64,000 nucleotides of DNA. It comes from Octopus sinensis. Taxonomy: Eukaryota. Within the stretch, counting starts at the first letter, position 1, and every line of letters begins with the position of its first letter. The stretch lies in NCBI RefSeq assembly GCF_006345805.1, contig NC_043001.1, positions 65,410,001 to 65,474,000 of the forward strand. The letters run 5' to 3'. The translations under genes were made by a program, and so were the position numbers. Below are positions 12,733 to 64,000 of the stretch, piece by piece. Below the pieces are notes generated by a model. It was not told the origin of the DNA. It saw only the letters and a program-made list of their open reading frames with translations, and did no database searches.

Positions 12733-14104
12733 ATTGGTGAATTGAAGAAATGGAGCTGAACGCAGATTGAACAGAAATCGTTTTATTTCATTCTACACGT
12801 GTTTCGAAAGGCACAAATTACCAAAATCCGATTGAATAATGGGACCATATTGTGTCTTTCTCTTCAGGAAGAAAAAAGGAAATCCGTTGGAAAAACAAAA
12901 ACAGAACAGAGGCAGAGCAAAAACAAATCGAACTGTGCTCCTAAGAGCCCATGGCGAAACTGTTTATCAGTGTATGTTGAGAACCGGTGGCTGAAGAATT
13001 CAACAGGTCAGGCATCGGTCAAACATGTGGGTGAGGGTGTATAGATGTTCTTTGTGACCGAGAATAAAGTTCTGACTATTTAAAGAATATTGGATGTTTT
13101 ATAAGGGGCGAGAAAAAATCTACTTAGAGACGTGTGTGTGTGTATACTGTTCTATATATGTGTGTGTTGGCGTAGGGGTAGAAAACATTTTTTGTGTACG
13201 TGTGTGCGTTTGATCGTTCGGCTGTCAGAGTCTCCGAACTCTTCCATATTTTGTTTGCCAGAGGCCGGATGGTAAACGGGCTCTTACAGTCGGCTTTTCG
13301 ATGCCCCCATTGGCGGCGTTACACTTATCTGGCCTTTAAATAGCGTTTATAAATAAGACCGGCACCCATAGCCCTTGGTAACAAATTCTGAAATAGATTT
13401 TAAGATATCTACAATTAACCACTGCAAGGGAAATTACTCCTGTAAGACAAACGGGGCTTGTTCTTTCACAGCGGGGGGTTTCCTTGTCAAGGTAGGCTTA
13501 GATGAACACACACACACACACATAAAACATAAAAAATATATATATATAATTTCTTTATTTTTTTCTTTCTGCCACCCAACGGTTATCACGGCAGTAGCCA
13601 CTGACAGCCGAACGATCAAACGCACACACGTACACAAAAAATGTTTTCTACCCCTACGCCAACACACACATATATAGAACAGTATACACACACACACGTC
13701 TCTAAGTAGATTTTTTCTCGCCCCTTATAAAACATCCAATATTCTTTAAATAGTCAGAACTTTATTCTCGGTCACAAAGAACATCTATACACCCTCACCC
13801 ACATGTTGACCGATGCCTGACCTGTTGAATTCTTCAGCCACCGGTTCTCAACATACACTGATAAACAGTTTCGCCATGGGCTCTTAGGAGCACAGTTCGA
13901 TTTGTTTTTGCTCTGCCTCTGTTCTGTTTTTGTTTTTCCAACGGATTTCCTTTTTTCTTCCTGAAGAGAAAGACACAATATGGTCCCATTATTCAATCGG
14001 ATTTTGGTAATTTGTGCCTTTCGAAACACGTGTAGAATGAAATAAAACGATTTCTGTTCAATCTGCGTTCAGCTCCATTTCTTCAATTCACCAATAATGT
14101 TTTA
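12724..14104. mobile_element. Near-perfect inverted repeat, ~505-bp arms (12724-13228 / 13601-14104); probable Penelope-like element remnant with inverted pLTR
   Basis: Identical peptides on both strands (ORFs 12799+ and 13772-); each arm carries a hammerhead followed by AATAAA; sits next to (TA)n. Confidence 0.75.
13954..14042 (+). ncRNA. Type I hammerhead ribozyme motif (mirror copy at 12786-12874 on minus)
   Basis: ttc-CTGAAGA(13961)-gaaagacacaa...ttgtgcctttc-GAAA(14023)-cacgtg-TA-gaa; stem II 10/11 pairs; palindromic stem III ACACGUGU; predicted cut after GUA at 14034. Confidence 0.75.
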
Positions 14105-14255
14105 ATTTCAATTATCCGCACCAACGCACGGTTGCAACGCCAGATGGTTGTACCTCCAACCGTGCTGTTCACTGCTGTGATTTTTGCTACTAAGGTATCG
14201 GTTAAATTTTTGATTAATCTACTACAAGATTATTCATCTTTCTATTTCACATAAT

Positions 14256-14290
<35 letters not shown>

Positions 14291-15619
14291 GTGTGTGTGT
14301 GTGTGTATGTATATATATATATATATATAACTTGATTCAGTCATTAGACTGCAGTCATGCTAGGGTTTAGGTGGCGAAAACTTCGAAGTTGCTGTCTTAG
14401 ACCAAATGCAGTCACGCTTAACGTCTCCAAGGTTTACAGCTTTTCAATATCAGGTCAAGATTCAAAGTTCTGCGAAACTTTCAGGTGAATGAGTTTGAAG
14501 AACATTTAGACAAAATTTTTATCTAAGATATGAGTCGACACCTCACCAAAGCAAAAAAAAAAAAAATAGAAAAAAGAAAAAAGAAATGTGAAAAAGAAAG
14601 AAAAAAAGAACACGGGCAGTTTTGTTGGACATGCTTGCTCACAAGAAGCAAACACGAAGTGAGGACCATTAAAATGAAACGAAATAAACCAGCAATCACA
14701 TCAGTGGCAGTGCTCTTGTATGAACAGAGCGCCTGACTGAAACACGTAAAAGTAAAAAGGAAAAGTATAAATAAACACATACGTATACATATGTGTTTAT
14801 GTACATGAAAATATATGTGTATATATACACATACATACGTACGTATTGTTTATCATTTGTCTTATACTCGTTTCAGTCATTTTACTGCGGCAATGCTGGA
14901 GCACTGCCTTAAAGAATTTTAGCTGTGTAGCCTGCCTGGGATTTTCTCTCTTCGGTATTTCCTAATGAGGAATGCTAAGAAGCTAGAAACGCGTCTAGGA
15001 ATCTGCTAGGGAGAGACACTGAATAGATAAGATGTTTTTACACCTTCTACCATAAGCGAGAAATTCTTTTCCACGGCAACAGCAGTGAATTTGCCTTTAG
15101 AAATTAAAATATGTCAGAAACACTCACACACACGCACTTGTTTCTGACATATATATAAATAATAATAATAATTATAAACGTTTTTCTTCCTCATGCTTTA
15201 TGATAGCATGTTTGGCCATTGATGTATTCATAAATAATCTTAATTATTTATAATATATCCTTCGTAATATTTTTACATTACTCTCTACTTATTTATATAT
15301 TCTTAACTCATATCTGGTGATTTTGCCGTGGCTCACGATTACCGGTCTTCTCACATAAACGCTGTGCATGGCATTTGAATTCAAAGATCGATTGTGTAGA
15401 TAGAGGTGAAAACATTTATAGAGCACCACTATAGACAACGTCAATTCTTGTCCGATCCCTACAGGGTACACACGATATACACATCCTTACACCATAATCT
15501 CCAAATATAATAACACAAAATTTACCTAATAACATAACTCCGACACTCTTACAGTCACACCATCCGGCAATTCCAACCCTCCTATAAAACTATAGCATCG
15601 TATAGCATCGGGTATCGGT

Positions 15620-16210
15620 GTTTCTCTACCCACTGTCTTCGGCGCTTGACATTTTTATAGAGAACCCATTTCTCGTCACCAGTCATTATTCGGTCCAAAA
15701 AAGGTTCATTCGTACGATATAATAGCAAAGAAGAGCACACATTCACTCTCTGCACGGGTTAGACTCGGAAACTTTGTGGGGAACATATTGATCCAATTTG
15801 CTGATTTCTCCGATGGCATGCAGATGTCAATGAATGGCTGAATGCGCAAATCCAAGCTCATCTGCTAGCTCTTCAACAGTTACGATGAGATTTTGTTTCA
15901 CCAGATTTTGCAGGACGATCTCGTCGAGCTCTACAAGTCTTTCAGGACGAGGCTCGTCTTCTAGGCTGTTGTTTCCGGTTCGGAATTTCTGGAACCACTG
16001 TTGACAATGGCTTACACTTATCGTCCGATTTCCATTATTCGCACTTTCGCCATTTACTCGCACTTTCTGTTGCATTGTTGCCTTTATTGAACTCATAAAG
16101 CAAAATATGCCGAATTTGCTCCTTTGTCATTTCTATTATAGCTTTGAAAAAATAACTGTTAAAAGCGAACTGCACTCTTCAAAACTTGCACTAAGAATAA
16201 GGATAAGGCA
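15620..16210 (-). mobile_element. Mariner transposase remnant
   Basis: QQWFQKFRTGN.SLEDEPR..R...TVEELADELG, then a VPH linker and FLDRIMTGDEKWVLY motifs in shifted frames. Confidence 0.85.
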
Positions 16211-16224
16211 AAATTACTACCTAC

Positions 16225-16274
<50 letters not shown>

Positions 16275-16419
16275 CTGTCTGTCTGTCTGTCTGCCTGTCT
16301 GTTTGTCTGCCTGCCTGTCTGTCTGTCATTATTCAGCCAATAGAGAAAGAACCTGTTTCTAACCTAGATCCAAGGCACCTTCATTAGAATTTTAACATCA
16401 ACAACAGGGTATTTTTGCT

Positions 16420-16680
16420 TGTATGTATGTAATTATGTATGTATGCATATACGTATTTAAGCATGTATGTATGTGTGTATGTATGTATGTATGTTTGTAT
16501 GTATGTGTGTATGTATGTATGCATGCACGTACGTATGTATGTATGTATGTATGTATGTATGTATGTATGTATGTATGTATGTATGTATGTATGTATGTAT
16601 GTATGTATGTATGTATGTATGTATGTATGTATGTATGTATGTATGTATGTATGTGCAGATTTGTATGTTTTATGTATGTA
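16420..16680. repeat. (TATG)n microsatellite
   Basis: Direct tandem repeat. Confidence 0.95.
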
Positions 16681-16726
16681 TTCTCATATAGTTGCATATC
16701 TAGACATGCTTATATATATTTAAATG

Positions 16727-17790
16727 ATAAACTTCTGAAATGTTTACAGATTTTTACAGTTCCAGTTATGGATTGGATCTGTAGTCTTCGAATTAGCTTT
16801 CCTCTTTCTGGTTTTGAGAAGCCTAATTTCTCAAGATTGGTATTTAGGCAGTGTGTTACATATTCTAGGGCCCCAATAATTACAGGTGTAAACCTGAACT
16901 TGTAATCTGGATAGAGTAACTGCAGAAATTGTTAATTGTTCAGCATAGGTGTTTTCTTTTTCACTGATCTCCGGCTTTATGTTAACATCCGCTGGGCAGC
17001 AAATTTCCGCAAATCAGGTCTGTTGATGTCTTCACTGGTACATTCCACCAGTATTCCTTTTTATTATGAGTGGCTATGGCGTCTACTATATATGGGTTCT
17101 TATTTCTTTGTCCTCGGGATCATCCCTCCGACGAATTTCATTATAGAGTGTCCAAGCTACAACGTCATGTCTCATCGGTAGATATTACCATGATGACATT
17201 TTCGGACAACTGCTTATGATGTGGGTGATATCTTCAGTGTGGACTCCACAAAGTCTGCATCGGTTGTCACACTTTATGGCTTTATTTGCATCTCTATCCC
17301 TTTTGTGCATCAAGTACTTGGTTGATATTTCTTGTTCCTGGATTGCAAACGAAATCAAAGTGGGAGGTAGTAATCCGGCTATTGATCCATGATAAACTTC
17401 TTTGATGATCGATGTTACTATCATCACAGAGCTTTCTAGTAACATATCCCTGCATGATCTTCTGCTCATATAGGCTCAACCTTTCATCTGATGATACGTT
17501 GCAGTAGAGTCGTGTGACTTCTATGGGCATGTATTCTAGGTTATCAGATAAAGAGTGTTGCTCTTATGATGTTATCAGCCTCATGTATGCAAACTTGGTC
17601 AAGGGATGCACTTCGACTCTTGGTTATTAAAAGATGTTGCCGAAGAGATACGATGCGACATTCAAATACATCTTGGATAGATGTTAAGCCTCTTCCGCCT
17701 TGTTTTCGTTTTAGGTAGAGGCGGTCTACATCACTGTTTATGTGAAAATTACGTGTGCTTGTTAGTACTTTTCGGGTTTTCACATCAATG
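16727..17790 (-). mobile_element. R4/Dong-like (RLE-endonuclease) non-LTR retrotransposon 3' remnant
   Basis: DVDRLYLKRKQGGRGL, FAIQEQEI, CRLCG..EDITHIISSC (CCHC), PVIIGAL motifs. Confidence 0.8.
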
Positions 17791-18392
17791 GCTGGGACTC
17801 ATCAAACGTCCAATCAAGCAGCCAAATCCTGGTATGTGTACTGGCTCTGAAAATATATTGTCGGCCACTGTTTTATTGAATGCAGTTCTGAGATCCAAAT
17901 TTTCTTTAATCGGCTGTAATATATGTCTATATATATGCGTGGAGAGAGACAGATGGGGGAGAAAGAAAACGATACAGTACTACCTATAAAAAAATGTAAC
18001 GTACTTGTGTATGCATGAAGCGTGCGCGCACTCACAGAAATATACATAAAATTTACCGCAATTTATAAACATAATAAGTACAAATAAACTGACAATCATC
18101 TATGCATATGTATGTATATGTATATTTATTAAAAGTTTATACAGCTGTAGACAACATTTTCAGAATGAAATATAATATACCCACTGACGGACATTGAATT
18201 TCGGGTACATAATTTTAAGCATTGTGAGTGTGTGTGCGTGTGTGTGTGTGTGTGTGTGAAGTGTGTGTGTATTTCTGTATATATACATATGTATATATTT
18301 GCATATATACATACGCATGCTGCATATACACGTACATATATATATATGCACATTCTCATACACTTACACACACACACATATACATATGTATG

Positions 18393-18432
<40 letters not shown>

Positions 18433-18769
18433 TATATGTATATACTTTATTTGATAGGTTTCGGCCAGTATTGGCTCAAGTCATGTCTAGCATCACCTGG
18501 TGAAATTATTTAAATCAGGATTCAACCAGCATGCCCTTCCCAAATAGAGAGTTATTGTTTACGGAGACATATATGGCGGTGCCCCAGCATGGCCACAGCT
18601 CATGAGCTGAAACTAGAATCAATCAATCATATATGGGTGTAGGAAATTCATCCGGGATTTCTTGAAAGAATTTGTTCAAACACTTCTTGAAATTTATGGG
18701 CTCTGTTTTTGCTTTAACGTGTTTTGGTGTAATGTTAAAGAGAGCTGGACAAACTGAACATTGAATATA

Positions 18770-18790
18770 CTTACATACATACGTACATAC

Positions 18791-18838
<48 letters not shown>

Positions 18839-18852
18839 ATATATAGATATAT

Positions 18853-18901
<49 letters not shown>

Positions 18902-18912
18902 ATGCATGCATA

Positions 18913-18969
<57 letters not shown>

Positions 18970-19161
18970 GGATATGTATATATGTATGTATATATATATA
19001 AATATATACACATATATATATATATACACACATACATATACACATACATGTACACATATATATGGTTATAAAATCATATGATATATATCAATATCACAGT
19101 ATATATCAAACTCACAGTATATACATTGAAACACTGAAATATACATATATATGTATATATA

Positions 19162-19198
<37 letters not shown>

Positions 19199-19398
19199 AT
19201 ATATATATATGTACATATATATACATATATATATATAAACATATATATATATGTACATATATATACACATATATATATATATATAAACATATATATATAT
19301 GTACATATATATACATATATATATATATATATAAACATATATATATATGTACATATATATACATATATATATATATATATAAACATATATATATGTAC

Positions 19399-19429
<31 letters not shown>

Positions 19430-19591
19430 AACATATATATATATGTACATATATATACATACATAATATATATATAAACATATATATATATGTACATATA
19501 TATACATATATATATATATATATAAACATATATATATATGTACATATATATACACATATATATATATATATAAACATATATATATATGTAC

Positions 19592-19622
<31 letters not shown>

Positions 19623-19688
19623 AACATATATATATATGTACATATATATACATACATATTATATATATAAACATATATATATATGTAC

Positions 19689-19782
<94 letters not shown>

Positions 19783-19872
19783 TATATATATGTACATATA
19801 TATATATGTTTATGCATATATATGGATGCATATACAGATATTATATATATATGTGTATATATATGTATATAT

Positions 19873-19931
<59 letters not shown>

Positions 19932-20040
19932 AATACATACATACACACACATATACACAAACATATATATATATGTGTGTGTGTATATAAATATACATAC
20001 ATATAGATATGTATGAATATGTATGTATGTACGCATGTAT
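18770..20040. repeat. (TA)n-derived compound satellite with a higher-order ~45-50 bp unit at ~19190-19700
   Basis: Repeating AAAC(AT)nGTAC(AT)nAC(AT)n, about 11 copies. Confidence 0.9.
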
Positions 20041-20281
20041 GAAACTTTAGATGGTTTAATTCTATTATATGACACTGCCCCAGTGATTATTTAGCAGCCC
20101 AGTATGACTCAAGTAACATTGATAAGGTTGATTTTAGACACACATACACACACAGATACTCAGGCCCACGCACGCGTATAAAGATGGTTATACCTGAAAA
20201 TAGTTCTTTTACATACTAGTATAGTGATGCACAGATTACGACTTAATCTGTGAGTGTATGAATTTTAGAATATCGTATTTG

Positions 20282-20325
<44 letters not shown>

Positions 20326-21125
20326 GTATATTATATATATTTAAATGAAACAAAGAATACCTCTGAATAACAAAGTTCTTATGCAAAAGCTTATTGATAT
20401 TAAAAACGAATAGGAACTTTTATTAAAGATTAGTTTTCTATGAGTGTTGTTTCGCTGTTACAAACTTTTTAGGTACCGTTCATTTTTGTAGTGTAAATTA
20501 AATTAAAAATAGCACACTCACACACACACACACACACACGTGCACACGCATAAGAACTGATACGACAGAGTTAGATCAGAATAACAAAGTTAACACATTC
20601 TACTGTTTTGATGTGTAAATATTTAAACTATTGACAAAATGAGGAATGATGTCTTCTGGCAGACCGTTTCATTTATTTTTAGATACAGCCTAATTGAAGA
20701 CAGCCGTTAAAATATATGTGCTATTCACAACTTCAGGACTTCTTTATGAGCAGCTAATTTATATTGTTCATTGGAGGAGAGGCTGGAAACCTCTTTTCTA
20801 AGAAGAGGACAAGAAACTGTGAAACAGTTCCCCAGGAGGCTACCTTACTCTCCTTTTCAGCGCTTCAGTGTTATAGAAACGATGTAATTCCATATTTATT
20901 GTTTTATAGTATATATAATTCAGTTCTGATTTCTACAGTGTTGTTTCTGTGTGGTAGTGTGCACACACATACACACACACACATATATATAAATACGTTT
21001 AATAATATACGTGTATAAATATATATATATATATATATACATGCAGACATATATACGTTTTGTAACATATCTAAATATATATATGTACACACACGAGTAC
21101 ATTAATGTATATGAAAATGCATATA

Positions 21126-21590
<465 letters not shown>

Positions 21591-22634
21591 AATTCATGCA
21601 TATATAAATTCATTCATATGTATGAATATAAGTATGTGTGTACGTATGTATGTATGTATCTATATATGTATATATATATATGTATACATGTGTATATAAA
21701 ATAAATGCGAATTAAGGTATATATATTTATAATTATATCATTATATACATACGTATATATATGCATACACTCATACATACATATATGCATGCATGCATGC
21801 ATACAAACATACATACATGCATACACACACTCACACACAGGACAAGAAACAAAATGAATTCTAGTTAGGAAACATGCTAATGTTAAAAGAGGAATTACTT
21901 CAAAACCTTTGGAAAAAAAAAACTGTGAAAATTTAGAAAAGCAAGTTTGTTGTACTTATCATTATTCTGTCAAATATTAATATTGCTGTCTAGTGGGGAG
22001 ATATAGCTTTTAATTAAACATTTTAATTAGTGTTACTGTGAAACACTTTAAAAAAACCCATAAAGCAAGTAGAAAATACATTTCAGTTTTGTTGCTGGTT
22101 GTGTTTGTGTCGATTCTTCACTTGAAATGTCTGATTGTTATATTTTGTCCTGGAAATTGTTCCATATTTACTCTGTTTTATTGTCATACATTTAACTCTT
22201 ACTAAAACATTGTTGTATTATTGTACTTCTCTCTAAAATATTCCGTCCTGTATTGAATTCACAATTAAATGTTCTACCACAATGTACTTTTTATTCAATT
22301 GTACCATCGTAATACGTTTGAGTCAAATTTCAAAATCCAGCAACAATAATCAGTCTGTTTTCCCGCTCATTTACTCGTATGAATGTGTATATATACACGC
22401 AGTAATGTTTGTATGTTTGCGTAAGTATATGTATGAATCTTTTGTATGGCTTTCACATTAGAAGTATTTCAATATAGTACTAAAATTGATACAACCATCT
22501 ATATATTTTGTTTTACGGCTCTTTTTTTATCCACTGCCCTCTTTTCTCTTTTTGTGGGGGTGGATGAGGTAAGACAAATGTCAGATCTCAATTCATTTAG
22601 GAATAATCGTTCACTTCCTGCATGTATTCGAGGT

Positions 22635-64000
<41,366 letters not shown>

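Noticed and set aside
14955-15000. Hammerhead-like ctaatga...gaaacgcgtc (similar weak cases at 2239-2303, 18450-18480, 23892-23935, 58030-58070)
   Set aside because: Core nucleotides or stems are missing; may be decayed copies but cannot be supported individually

Overview
AT-rich, microsatellite-dense animal genomic DNA. The SINE families and repeat landscape suggest an octopus/coleoid cephalopod (inference). One spliced protein-coding gene lies on the minus strand from beyond 64000 down to a stop at 22635. I assembled 9 exons by hand with GT-AG ends and consistent phases, including a 48-nt exon and a partial exon at the window edge. They give ~436 aa: two discoidin (FA58C/F5-8 type C) domains, a short Cys linker and a C-terminal non-canonical F-type lectin (FTP) domain. 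The rest is repeat-derived: Tx1-like, R4/Dong-like and RTE-like LINE remnants, three mariner remnants, a Helitron-like element, tRNA-derived SINEs, and Penelope-like remnants. Less obvious features are (i) several type I hammerhead ribozyme motifs with palindromic stem III, some inside long inverted repeats, (ii) many fold-back inverted repeats, some flanking exons, and (iii) an ~8.5 kb pile-up of R4/Dong-like LINE pieces joined at (TAA)n-type tracts. Most ORFs in the supplied track are microsatellite or TE artefacts. All coordinates and identities were read by eye.
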